Below, in pieces: positions 43,151 to 52,887 of a DNA stretch of 64,000 nt; within the stretch, counting starts at the first letter, position 1, and every line of letters begins with the position of its first letter. Location: positions 24,661 to 88,660 of the forward strand of contig JAUXSN010000026.1 of NCBI GenBank assembly GCA_030679895.1. The letters run 5' to 3'. The notes under the pieces were generated by a model. The model ran no database searches. It worked only from the letters and a program-made list of their open reading frames with translations, and was not told the DNA's origin. The position numbers and the translations under genes are program-made. The stretch comes from Candidatus Moraniibacteriota bacterium. Its GTDB lineage: Bacteria > Patescibacteriota > Minisyncoccia > Moranbacterales > UBA11712.

Positions 43151-45689
43151 ACAGCGGTTTTTCTCCCATATCGAATGCGTCAGCCGTGGCCGGCGTGGCG
43201 ATATAGCTCGCCTTTTTCATTATCTCTGCATTCACTATATCACGGCTGCGTCCATATTTCAACTTGGAAAGTTCTTTGATGGCTTCCGCCACTTTGGGAT
43301 TGCCCTTTGTCGGCGGATAGGTTTTCATATTGAACGGCGTTGCCACCTGGCTGTTGATCAGAAGCTTCATGAAACAATTGCGGTTATCCACGTTCATCAG
43401 ATCATTCGCGTCGAACACCGGCTCAAATTGCTTCTGCACAAATTCGGCGTCTTCCGCTCCGATCCGGAAGGAACAAATGGATCCGACGTTTCCAAAAACG
43501 GCTTTCGAAATTTCTTCTTTGAGCTGGGCAATGAATTGATGGGCGATAATGAGCGCCAAGCGGTATTTTCGGGCTTCCGAAAGGATCTGGGAGATCGAAT
43601 CGGTGGTGAAGTTCTGGAATTCGTCGATATAGAGATAGAAGTCTTTGCGTTCCGCTTCCGGCATATCCACCCGGGAAAGAGCGGCAATCAGAATTTTTCC
43701 GACAATCACCATTCCGAGAAGATTGGCGTTTATTTCACCGATTTTCCCCTTTGAAAGATTGACGAGAACAATTTGCTGGTCATCCATCGCCCGGCGGAAA
43801 TTCACCGTCGTCTTTTCCTGGGCGATAATCGGCCGCATCATATCGTTCGATATAAACTGCGTGAGTTTCGAGGTGATATAGGGAACCATATTCGCCAGCG
43901 CCGCCTCTCCGCCCGCTTTTTCGGCTTCCTTTTCCCAAAAATTCTTCACAATCGGGTTAGAGCAATAAGAAAGCTTCATGTGCCGGAATTCCTCATCGGC
44001 CAAAACCCTCGGGATCTCCATCAGGGTCGAACCTGATTCCGGATGCTCCATCACCAGAAGCGCCGCGTTTCGCATATATTGCTCGAACATCGGACCGCCG
44101 GTTTGCTTCAAATCATAAAGCTTGTCGAAAATATTGATGATTTCATTGATGACAAAAGTTTTTTGTTCCGGTTTATTGGTATCATACTCGAGCATATTGA
44201 GCCCGAAGGGGCGCTCCATATCCGCCGGGTCGAAATATATGACGTCTTCCGCCCGCTCTTTCGGAACGCATTCGATCACGTGTTCGACAAATTCGCCGTG
44301 AGGATCGATGACGCAAACGCCCCGACCGTTCTTGATGTCTTGCTTGACCATTTCTTCCATCATTGTTGATTTACCGGTTCCCGTCTGCCCGACGATATAG
44401 AAATGGCGGCGGCGGTCGTCATCATCGTGATGGATGACTGTTTCCACTCCCCGGTAATCATTGAATCCCAGAATTATTCCTTCTTTGGAAATATTCGGCG
44501 GCGGCGCGGCCGTCCGGGCCTTGAGCCAGGCAATTTTGGGAGTTTCCGTCGAAAAGAGCGGAAAATGGAAGATGCTGGATATTTCTTCCGAAGAAAGCAC
44601 GAAGCTTTGCTCGTTTTTGAAATTGCGGAAAATGAAATCGAAAGCGATTTTTTTCTCTTTTTTCTGATTTTCTCTCACAACCTTGAAGCCGTTTATACTC
44701 GGATTTTCGTACTGGATAAAAGCATTTTCCAGTTCCGCGAGAACTGCTTCGGCTCTTTCCTTGCTTAGGGCCGAGGATACCAGCCTGATGTTTGCGCTAA
44801 AACCGGGCTTATTAGCTTTTCCTTCAATTTTTTTGACAATTTCCTGCTCTTCCGGAGTGAGTTGGATAGTTTCCTTATCGGATTTAAAAACATCCCTTTT
44901 CTGGTCCTCGTTCTTTTTGACCATTACATTGAAAAATCCGCGGAAAAATTGCCGGAAAGGCGTGTCGCGTTTTACGTCGGAGAGGCGCCTCCCCTGCTGC
45001 ATTTTGTGGGCAATTTCCCTTCCCTTGCTCCTCCAATCTCCGCGGGCAGGCTTCACGAGCAGCTGGATGGCCGCCCCTTCTTTTTTTTCATCAAACTTTC
45101 CCAGAACATTGGTAATGTTGTTGAGCGGATCGGATTCCAAAGTTTGGTACGTGCGAAGCGGAAGACAATCTTTTTCCCGAAGTTTCAAATACGAAGCGGC
45201 AGTGAAGCTTCCCGGATAAAATATATTGTAGTCTTTCACGCGTTCAATGGCCGCTTTCGGATAAAAACTGTGAATTTGTCTTTCGACAATCTCAATAAAT
45301 TTTTTTGGAGCTCCCACATAGAAAGAAATTTCATCGTTTTCAGCCGGGTTGGAAATTTCCAGCGCGATCACCGCGTCGCCATAAATTATCCTGTGCCAAA
45401 GACCCGCTTTTTCTTTTATGTTTCCGAGGCTGGCGAAGAGATGCTCCATAACAGCGATTATCTCTTTTTCCGGCTTGGGCTGCTGTTGTTGCTGCTGGGA
45501 TGATTGCGATTGAGTTTTGAGAGAATGGCTGACCTTCACAACATCGATATCCATATTCAAAGAGCGGGTAATTTGTCCCTTGAATATGGTGAAGCTTCGA
45601 AAAATCATCCATCCGCCGGATATGAAACTAGCCAGAGCCAGAAGGCCAGCCAGCGGATAAAGTATTAAATTGAGGTTATAGGCGTCCAT
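43149..45689 (-). CDS. Membrane-anchored VirD4/TraG/TrwB-like (FtsK-HerA superfamily) ATPase
   Basis: N-terminal TM, Walker A GQTGTGKS, IDPHGE, Walker B LYIDEFQNF, LSEARKY..AHQFIAQL. Confidence 0.9.
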   Translation of the reverse strand: MDAYNLNLILYPLAGLLALASFISGGWMIFRSFTIFKGQITRSLNMDIDVVKVSHSLKTQSQSSQQQQQQPKPEKEIIAVMEHLFASLGNIKEKAGLWHRIIYGDAVIALEISNPAENDEISFYVGAPKKFIEIVERQIHSFYPKAAIERVKDYNIFYPGSFTAASYLKLREKDCLPLRTYQTLESDPLNNITNVLGKFDEKKEGAAIQLLVKPARGDWRSKGREIAHKMQQGRRLSDVKRDTPFRQFFRGFFNVMVKKNEDQKRDVFKSDKETIQLTPEEQEIVKKIEGKANKPGFSANIRLVSSALSKERAEAVLAELENAFIQYENPSINGFKVVRENQKKEKKIAFDFIFRNFKNEQSFVLSSEEISSIFHFPLFSTETPKIAWLKARTAAPPPNISKEGIILGFNDYRGVETVIHHDDDDRRRHFYIVGQTGTGKSTMMEEMVKQDIKNGRGVCVIDPHGEFVEHVIECVPKERAEDVIYFDPADMERPFGLNMLEYDTNKPEQKTFVINEIINIFDKLYDLKQTGGPMFEQYMRNAALLVMEHPESGSTLMEIPRVLADEEFRHMKLSYCSNPIVKNFWEKEAEKAGGEAALANMVPYITSKLTQFISNDMMRPIIAQEKTTVNFRRAMDDQQIVLVNLSKGKIGEINANLLGMVIVGKILIAALSRVDMPEAERKDFYLYIDEFQNFTTDSISQILSEARKYRLALIIAHQFIAQLKEEISKAVFGNVGSICSFRIGAEDAEFVQKQFEPVFDANDLMNVDNRNCFMKLLINSQVATPFNMKTYPPTKGNPKVAEAIKELSKLKYGRSRDIVNAEIMKKASYIATPATADAFDMGEKPL

Positions 45690-45716
45690 TTTTTATTTTT
45701 ATTTCCACTATACAGT

Positions 45717-46253
45717 CTACAATTCCACAAGAAGTCCTTTTTGGAAAAGCTGTTTTCTCAAATCTTCCTCGATCATCTTATCGTGCAACTCGTCCAAAGT
45801 GTAATTGTCGTTGGCGTCCATATGTTGAGCTACTTTTATGGCGTGTTCCGGCCCCTTTTGAAGAGCCAACTCCACCAGCTTTTCGACTTTTTTTTCGTAT
45901 TCGGCAATTCCGGCCACTATTTTGGCATCGTCGGCAATTGTGGTCGCCACGGGCGTTTTTTGCGTGCTGATGGTTTTGCGGACAGTTTCGATTTTTTCGG
46001 ACACTTTTTCTTCCTGGAATTCTCCTCCGATTTCCCGCTCGAGACCGGGAGTTTCAATTTCTCCTGCTAATATACTTTCCGCCGACTCCGTCGAAGGTAA
46101 TATTTCTTCCTGTTCCGACGGTTTTTCAGAAACGTTTTTTTCTTCATTTATAAAGGTTTTTTCGGGATTCAAAGCCTCGCCCGGACCGGTAAATTTTTTC
46201 GTCAAATCAAGATCCTCCTTTTCGATTGGCTCCTGATAATTGGACTGTGCCAT
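45717..46253 (-). CDS. Hypothetical protein (acidic N-terminus, helical C-terminal domain)
   Basis: 178 aa; LVELALQKG...YTLDELHD; operonic with the ATPase. Confidence 0.8.
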   Translation of the reverse strand: MAQSNYQEPIEKEDLDLTKKFTGPGEALNPEKTFINEEKNVSEKPSEQEEILPSTESAESILAGEIETPGLEREIGGEFQEEKVSEKIETVRKTISTQKTPVATTIADDAKIVAGIAEYEKKVEKLVELALQKGPEHAIKVAQHMDANDNYTLDELHDKMIEEDLRKQLFQKGLLVEL

Positions 46254-46314
46254 TGGGATAAATTTATCAATTAGTTAGATAATGCAAAAACCGCACTTTT
46301 ACGCATCCTGACCT

Positions 46315-46653
46315 TTATTTATTTTCCACTGGAGCATTTTTGCCAAAGCTGGCGATATCTTCTTTTAATTCGTCCTTTAATTCACTGACAACTTTCTTCA
46401 CGAATTCGTCGTAGTCGCTTATCTTGCTTCGGAGAAAAGATTCGACTTTCTCCTGATCGGATTTTTCCTCCAGCATTTTCATCAATTCCTGCTGATCTTC
46501 TTTCGTTAATCTGTCCATCGTTTCCATATACAAGCGCTTCAAAACAAGTTCCAGCAAGTCAACCAGAATTTGCGCTTTTCTTTCTTCGGGTAAATCTCCA
46601 AGTCCCAGCTCATCAATAATTGTTTGTTGTAAGATCGTATTTTTTTCGGTCAT
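46315..46653 (-). CDS. Small acidic helical protein (DUF5663-like)
   Basis: ELGLGDLPEE...FLRSKISDYDEFV. Confidence 0.75.
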   Translation of the reverse strand: MTEKNTILQQTIIDELGLGDLPEERKAQILVDLLELVLKRLYMETMDRLTKEDQQELMKMLEEKSDQEKVESFLRSKISDYDEFVKKVVSELKDELKEDIASFGKNAPVENK

Positions 46654-46670
46654 TTTGTTTATTTAATTAT

Positions 46671-48938
46671 TTATGCGTTGACTACTCTTTTTAGAGTTCT
46701 AACTATTTCTTCAGGCGTTACTTTCCCCTGCGCTAATCCTCTTTGAAGCCAACTTTCCGTGCTTTCATTGCCAAGGGTTGGCCCCAGCTTTCTATTCAGC
46801 TCTTGAGCTGCCCGCCAATACTGTTGCTGTTCGCCAACATTAGCCGGCGGTCCCATCGGCTGATCGGAAGTTAGAAATGATCCCAACATTCTTTTTCTGA
46901 ATTCGCTGGCCGGCTCCCTCCAATCAACAGTTGTACCCTCGCCGTATATTCTTTCTTGAATGAAATCCATCCATTTGTGCGTTTGAGTGTTATCTATCGC
47001 AGCCGTTTCAGCAATTCTATCCGCTATTAGCGGTCCTCTTGATTGGACTAAAGCTTCGTGGGTCTGAGCTGATATTGCGGCTTTCTTCGCATAATTTTCT
47101 TGAGCCATTTTTTGCCGATTATCAAGCGCTTGATCCAACGCCGAACGTTTTCCAGTAGTTTCATAAGTGCTCGCTCCTCGCGGATGATTATCGGCAACGG
47201 CTCTCCCTGCTCCTCCGGGCGCGGAAGCTTCTGCTACAGCTTGTCCGGCACCGCCTGCCCGTGGAACATCATGTATGTGGCCCGCCTTTATTCCCGAAGT
47301 TTCACCAAGTAAAATATGCCCGTCTGCGTCGAGAGTGATCGAATCTCCCGGATGAACCACGATGTTGCCTATACCCTGTTCTTTTATGGCGCCCACCGTT
47401 CTCCATTCAGCCCAAATTTTATGTTTTTGATCGTCCGTCAAGCCGCTGAAGTCTTCAACCCCTTTTATGCCTAAACGCTTCAGAATACCTTGATCCTTGA
47501 ACGATCCAAACAGTCTTTTTGCCTCATCGTCGCTATATCCGTATTCATCAAAATGTTGCATAAAAATATCTCGCGTGCTTCTCCAAACGCTCCCGCCTTC
47601 TCCTACTTTTGCTGTACCTCCGGTAAATTCCCAATGCTCTACCTGTTCATATCCAGGTACTATTGGACCATGTTTCTGATCAGGGTTGATAATTCCTTTC
47701 CCGGCTCCGGCTGGCATTTCCGCATCGGTAATTGAACTGTGCGCGGCATCGTAAAAACCGGTTTTTCCGCCTCCGAACGAATGCGTCACCTTTTCCCAAG
47801 CCTGGCCGAAGAATCCTTTAATATCGGCTGCGTAATAGCTGGCGATAGTGCCCGCCAAAAATGTTCCGCCCGCAAGCCCAAGCGCCAATTTTTTATGTTT
47901 TGCGTCTTTATCAGCAAATGCTTGCTCCTCCCCTGTTATTGATTTTAAGCCTTCCCTTTCCGCAATAAAAGCGTTCCATTCTTCATCCGTTTTTTGTTTT
48001 TTGGCCTCAATTATTTTTAAAACATCGGCTTGAACTTCTTTTTCCTTTTTTTCCACGAAGCCTTTCTCCATTCTTTTCTTCAACGCATAACCGGCTCCTA
48101 CAGAACCAAAAGCGCGCCACGCCATTGCTGCCGACGCCCCGGCTGATCCAACTGCCACAATACCCAAAGCGGGCAAACTGGCCGCGATAAGAGACGTTGC
48201 GGCAAAACCAATGGCCGCGGCAGTTGCCACCCCTTTCGCAACTCCTTTTACGGTCAATTTTCCATCCTTTAGAAATTGTTTGGAGATAAACTCCCGGTAA
48301 TTCTTGCTGACGTTTGCCAAGCCCACAAAAGCATTGTTAAATGTGGCATCTTTTGCTCGAATTCCGTCTTCCTCCAGCCTCGATTTGATGGCAACCATTG
48401 TCTCGTGATAATTTGTCTCAAATTCCGCCCACTCTTGCTCATTTCCGCTCAAGACGTGCCTGCCAGCAGCCATTAATTTCGGGTGCAAAGTTTTTCTATT
48501 TTCCAGGTATCCCTTGATTTCTTCATCTTCAATATTTCTTTTCCATATACCCAAAGCTTCAAAAATAATCTTCAATTTGCCTTTCGATTTATGCCTTGCT
48601 GCGGCTATCTTTTTTTCATTTTCATCAAATTCCTTCCTCACTTGATCAAATTCTTTCCGGATTTTTCTTTCTTCTTCAAGCGTTGCCAAAGGAACCGGTG
48701 GCTGATCAATCCGACTGCCCCGGCTACCACCTTCAAATTCACTGAACCTCTTTGGCTCTCTTTTTTCCTCGGTTCCAGCTCTATCGTGACCAGGCTCACC
48801 TCCCATAAGCCCCGCCCCGGATTTTTCAACGGGTTCCGGTTCAGCATCGGGAGACGTGGCTGCTGGAGTCGCAGTTACAAGATCTTCAGGCTTCCCGGGT
48901 CGCGGATTGATATCTTTTCTTAAACCTTCTCTTATCAT
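46671..48938 (-). CDS. Large hypothetical membrane protein with Gly/Ala-rich hydrophobic hairpins and a possible split LysM-like region
   Basis: 755 aa; coiled coils, two G/A-rich hydrophobic blocks, VGEGGSVW and VVHPGDSITL motifs. Confidence 0.8.
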   Translation of the reverse strand: MIREGLRKDINPRPGKPEDLVTATPAATSPDAEPEPVEKSGAGLMGGEPGHDRAGTEEKREPKRFSEFEGGSRGSRIDQPPVPLATLEEERKIRKEFDQVRKEFDENEKKIAAARHKSKGKLKIIFEALGIWKRNIEDEEIKGYLENRKTLHPKLMAAGRHVLSGNEQEWAEFETNYHETMVAIKSRLEEDGIRAKDATFNNAFVGLANVSKNYREFISKQFLKDGKLTVKGVAKGVATAAAIGFAATSLIAASLPALGIVAVGSAGASAAMAWRAFGSVGAGYALKKRMEKGFVEKKEKEVQADVLKIIEAKKQKTDEEWNAFIAEREGLKSITGEEQAFADKDAKHKKLALGLAGGTFLAGTIASYYAADIKGFFGQAWEKVTHSFGGGKTGFYDAAHSSITDAEMPAGAGKGIINPDQKHGPIVPGYEQVEHWEFTGGTAKVGEGGSVWRSTRDIFMQHFDEYGYSDDEAKRLFGSFKDQGILKRLGIKGVEDFSGLTDDQKHKIWAEWRTVGAIKEQGIGNIVVHPGDSITLDADGHILLGETSGIKAGHIHDVPRAGGAGQAVAEASAPGGAGRAVADNHPRGASTYETTGKRSALDQALDNRQKMAQENYAKKAAISAQTHEALVQSRGPLIADRIAETAAIDNTQTHKWMDFIQERIYGEGTTVDWREPASEFRKRMLGSFLTSDQPMGPPANVGEQQQYWRAAQELNRKLGPTLGNESTESWLQRGLAQGKVTPEEIVRTLKRVVNA

Positions 48939-48945
48939 ATAAATT

Positions 48946-49986
48946 TTATTTACTTTTAGCTAAAAAATCTTCAATTTCAGTTGCTTCTTCAAAAAACTTG
49001 GCTATTTGTTTAACACCCTCTTCGCTAAAATTTTCTTCTCTTGCAATTTCTTCCACAAAACCGATAAATTCCAAGTTGAGAGCGGCTAGCTCTCCCTTTT
49101 TTATATCTATTTTATCCTTTTCTTTTCTATAACGGTTTAAAACCGGCATCAGCCAATCTTTCAAAAAATATTCAACATCCTCTTCCGGCAGTTTGGCTAT
49201 TTCGCTTAAGGCTGCGTTTGCTTTGTTCAGAGCTTTCATCTTGACATCAACTATTCTTTTTTCATTCGGAGATAAACTATCATAATTTAGTGCCAGCGAT
49301 TCGCGAGCTTCCTGAATTCCCGCTTTTTTGAATAATTCTTCTTTTATATCCGTTTCGGCAGGTTCCCTTTCTCCGGCAGCATCACCGGCTTCGGAACCAC
49401 TTTTCCCAATATTTTCTCTTCTTTTTTCGATTTTTCGCAACTCCTTATAAGAAGTAAGAAATTTGCTTAATTCCCTCTCCGGATTGAGGCAGCGTTTATA
49501 TACCGCGTTTTGCGCAAATTGTGTATACTTTATTTTTTTCCCGGCTAACTCCAAATCGGCTATTCCAGCCGCTATATCTTGAAAAATTTGCTCCATAGAT
49601 TCTTCGATTTTTTCTATGGAACTTGAAAACTCATCGATCTCTTTTGCTAAATCGTCATAATTTATTCCCTTGCTTTCAATCAGCCTCTTTCTTTCAGCAT
49701 TTTCTTTCGCCACAAGCGCCCATTCCATTTTTTCTTTCAACTTGCCGTACGCCTCCTTGATCGCTTCTTTTATTTCTTCGCCATATTCCTTTTTGATCTT
49801 TTCTATTTTCGCTTTTTTTTCCTCGGAATCAAATTCATCTTTAATCCCTTGGTTTACCACCAATTTTTCTTCTTCCGCAACAGCTATTCCAGGGACAGTA
49901 ATTTTCCTATCTGCCGCCGAGGCAACCGCGGCTCCCTTTACTTCCAAACCCGGAGCTACTCCCGATGTTTTTTTCCTTCCACTCAT
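48946..49986 (-). CDS. Charged coiled-coil hypothetical protein
   Basis: 346 aa, E/K-rich; 7-nt gap to the next gene. Confidence 0.8.
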   Translation of the reverse strand: MSGRKKTSGVAPGLEVKGAAVASAADRKITVPGIAVAEEEKLVVNQGIKDEFDSEEKKAKIEKIKKEYGEEIKEAIKEAYGKLKEKMEWALVAKENAERKRLIESKGINYDDLAKEIDEFSSSIEKIEESMEQIFQDIAAGIADLELAGKKIKYTQFAQNAVYKRCLNPERELSKFLTSYKELRKIEKRRENIGKSGSEAGDAAGEREPAETDIKEELFKKAGIQEARESLALNYDSLSPNEKRIVDVKMKALNKANAALSEIAKLPEEDVEYFLKDWLMPVLNRYRKEKDKIDIKKGELAALNLEFIGFVEEIAREENFSEEGVKQIAKFFEEATEIEDFLAKSK

Positions 49987-50038
49987 TTCGTCAAAATAAA
50001 ATTAAACTAGCGCAAAACTAGTCTGCGTTCGTAATTGG

Positions 50039-50079
50039 ATTATACCACAAAATTAATGTGAAAAGAACCCTGTGGATAA
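50039..50079 (-). promoter_or_regulatory. Extended -10 promoter (TGGTATAAT) with an upstream DnaA-box consensus
   Basis: TATAAT at 50044-50039; TTATCCACA on the minus strand at 50079-50071. Confidence 0.6.
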
Positions 50080-50089
50080 CTTTTTCTTC

Positions 50090-50138
50090 AAAAAAATAAC
50101 CCCGATCCGAATCAAGCAGCGCCTGATTCGAAACGGGG
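50090..50138 (-). terminator. Intrinsic terminator
   Basis: CCCCG..TCGAATCA...TGATTCGG..CGGGG then TTATTTTTTT. Confidence 0.7.
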
Positions 50139-50159
50139 GTCGGAAAAACTTACCGTTGC

Positions 50160-50966
50160 TTAGAACACCTCCAGGGGAATCCGAGCTTCTCCCTTCGGAT
50201 CCCCATTGGGGACGATACGAATTTCGCGTTTACCGGGAGCAGAAAATGTGAAGGTATTGGGGTGCTTGATCGTCATTGCGACCGAGCCATCAAACTCGAT
50301 TCGGTCCGAATCATCATTGATGTCGGAGCGGATGAAGAGTAAATCAAACCCGCTTTTCAACCTAATGCCCTGTTTATGGTTTTCGGGGGAGATTATCTCC
50401 ACTTTCCCTCCCTCAATCCTGAATGTGATAATCCGGTCATTGATTTTTTTATCCGTGGGAATTATTACCGCGGTCAAAGGCCTTTCCTTCACCGCTGCCT
50501 GTCCATTCCAATGCGCAATAGACATCGTGACCCCGGACCAAATTTCAATAATGTCTCCGCTGACACGGAGAAAGCCATTAGGGATATCCCTTTCCTCCTT
50601 GACGAATTTTATCCCCCCGCGTATAGGCTGCATCACCAGGTAACTAAGTTCCGGAGCGGAACTGCCTTTTGTAAAAGAGAAAACAATGGCATCTTTGCCC
50701 GCGCCAAAAAAATTGCGGACCGGCTCCACGATTCCAGCCGAATGCTCTGTATAGCTGATAACCTTTTTCAGCTTTCCCCCAGACTTGAGAAATATCTGAA
50801 CATGGGTCTGGTCAGATTGGAAATCCGTGCAATAAACGACCCGGTAATGCTTTTTGCCCCACTTCAGGAAAAAATTCCCCTCTTCGGCCTTTCCCGGAGC
50901 AGGAAAAGCAAATAAGATCAGAAAAACTACCGCTAATACGCCACACAAATTTTTAAAAAACAACAT
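50160..50966 (-). CDS. Exported beta-rich hypothetical protein
   Basis: GGGGAGG SD before ATG 50966; signal peptide ending in GKA-EE. Confidence 0.75.
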   Translation of the reverse strand: MLFFKNLCGVLAVVFLILFAFPAPGKAEEGNFFLKWGKKHYRVVYCTDFQSDQTHVQIFLKSGGKLKKVISYTEHSAGIVEPVRNFFGAGKDAIVFSFTKGSSAPELSYLVMQPIRGGIKFVKEERDIPNGFLRVSGDIIEIWSGVTMSIAHWNGQAAVKERPLTAVIIPTDKKINDRIITFRIEGGKVEIISPENHKQGIRLKSGFDLLFIRSDINDDSDRIEFDGSVAMTIKHPNTFTFSAPGKREIRIVPNGDPKGEARIPLEVF

Positions 50967-51106
50967 GAAGTTCACCCTCCCCGTCCGAGTTTTTTTACCA
51001 CTTTGCCTAATCATTAGGGTAAATTGCTGTTTTTGTCAAGTTATTGCTGGCCGGACTTTTTTAGTGTATAATAATATCGTACCGCGATGAAATTTTGAAA
51101 CAAAAA

Positions 51107-52789
51107 ATGCGAAAGAGAATAAAAACTCGATGGAAAAGATGGAGAAGTGTCGCGAGTGATTATATCCGCTATAAGCCGGAACAAAAACTCGGCCGCCGGC
51201 AGAAATATTTATATCTGCTGCTTGGCGCGGTTATCGTGATCGGCGCTTTTGCAATCCGGGCCTACCACATTTCTTCTCTTCCGCCGGGAATATATCCCGA
51301 TGAAGCAGTCAACGGCACGGATGCCATAAACGCGATTGAAACCGGCCATTTTCGGCTTTTTTATCCGAATAATTACGGACGGGAGGGGCTATACATAAAC
51401 CTCATTGCTTTAGGATTTATTTTTTTCGGCGTCAGTATCATCACTCTCAAGATTTGGTCAGTATTTTTCGGGACTCTGACTGTGCTCGGAATGATCTTTC
51501 TTGGCCGGGAATTGTTCCGGTCCTGGCACGCGGGACTGGTCGCCGGATTTTTGTACGCCACCACTTTTTGGGCCATAAATTTCAACCGGATCGCTTTCCG
51601 CGCCAATATGCTTCCCTTCGTCCTGGTTTTTTCTTTTTATTTCCTTTTTAGAGGGTTGCGAACCAAAAAAAAGATAAACTACGTCCTCGCCGGAACACTT
51701 TTCGGACTCGGTACTCATACCTACATCGCGTTTCGGGTCGCTCCCGCGATACTGATCGCCCTTTTTATTGCTCTGATTCTCGCAAAAAAATCTTTTTTGA
51801 AAACATATTGGAAAGAAATTTCCATTTATGTTCTTTCTATGTTTTTCGTGGCTCTTCCGATCCTTCTCACTTTCTACGCCCATCCGGAATATTTCGAAAC
51901 CCGCTCCGAAGCGGTTTCCGTTTTTTCTCCGAAAGTCAACCAGGGCCATCTTTGGCAGGCCCTGGGAACCAGCGCCCGCCTTACTTTCGGCATGTTTAAT
52001 TTCAAAGGAGACCAGAATTGGCGTCATAATCTCCCCAGTCAGCCGGAACTTCAATCCTGGACGGGAACATTTTTCCTGATCGGAATTATATTTTTATTTT
52101 TTCAGCTTTTTTATTGGATTTTTTGGAGAATTAAAAATGGAATTCGAAACGATAATTTGACTCTTCCCGTGCTTCTCCTCTCTTGGATCTTTATCATGCT
52201 TCTTCCGGAAATGCTGGCCTATGAAGGCCTGCCGCACACGTTGAGAGCCATCGGCTCGCTCCCTGCCGCCATTTTAATAGCTGTTTTCTCAATTGAAGTC
52301 TTCAGGAGATGGATAATGAAAATCAGTATCGGATACATCAAGATTCCGCTTTATATTTTGCTGGTTTCAGCTGTTTTATTCAGCGGCTATATCTCAACCA
52401 AAAGATATTTTGTCGATTGGGGCCAGAGCCTCGATATTCATCCGGCTTTTTCTCAAAATTTGAAGAATATGGCCCTTTACCTCAATAGCGCTCCCGACAG
52501 TTATCATAAGTACATAGTCGCCAATGCCGGCGGGCAGATTATGGACGATGGCCTGCCGGTTTCCGCCGAGGCGGTAAAAATGCTAACATACTATCGGACT
52601 CCCGGAATAACTTATCTTCGTCCCGGTTTTGATCCGTCCGTTATAAAATCTCCGGCAAAAATGGTCCTGATGTATTACGACGGAGTGATTATTGCCGATA
52701 TTAAATCAAGATTTTCAAACGTTTACATCCAAAAACTGGATCCCCAACCCGGAAACGGAACCGATTATTTTGTAATAAACATTAATTGA
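51107..52789 (+). CDS. GT-C fold glycosyltransferase (GT39/ArnT-like)
   Basis: PPGIYPDE, NYGREGLY, HTYIAFR, PHTLR; many TMs. Confidence 0.88.
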   Translation: MRKRIKTRWKRWRSVASDYIRYKPEQKLGRRQKYLYLLLGAVIVIGAFAIRAYHISSLPPGIYPDEAVNGTDAINAIETGHFRLFYPNNYGREGLYINLIALGFIFFGVSIITLKIWSVFFGTLTVLGMIFLGRELFRSWHAGLVAGFLYATTFWAINFNRIAFRANMLPFVLVFSFYFLFRGLRTKKKINYVLAGTLFGLGTHTYIAFRVAPAILIALFIALILAKKSFLKTYWKEISIYVLSMFFVALPILLTFYAHPEYFETRSEAVSVFSPKVNQGHLWQALGTSARLTFGMFNFKGDQNWRHNLPSQPELQSWTGTFFLIGIIFLFFQLFYWIFWRIKNGIRNDNLTLPVLLLSWIFIMLLPEMLAYEGLPHTLRAIGSLPAAILIAVFSIEVFRRWIMKISIGYIKIPLYILLVSAVLFSGYISTKRYFVDWGQSLDIHPAFSQNLKNMALYLNSAPDSYHKYIVANAGGQIMDDGLPVSAEAVKMLTYYRTPGITYLRPGFDPSVIKSPAKMVLMYYDGVIIADIKSRFSNVYIQKLDPQPGNGTDYFVININ

Positions 52790-52881
52790 CAGTGATCAGC
52801 AAACAACGAACAGTGAACAATATTTTATTTAGAAGAAAAATAAAAAAATATTGATCACTGATCACTGATCATTGTTCACTG
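52790..52881. repeat. Heptamer-periodic inverted element (AGTGAWC / TGWTCAC)
   Basis: Same family as 645-718. Confidence 0.85.
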
Positions 52882-52887
52882 AAGACT

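Noticed and set aside
43149-49986. Conjugative element or prophage
   Set aside because: No relaxase, integrase, VirB4 or phage structural genes, and no att-like direct repeats were seen.
14394-50079. DnaA boxes as oriC
   Set aside because: Only isolated boxes (14394, 50071, and a one-mismatch box near 19819); no cluster and no dnaA/dnaN.
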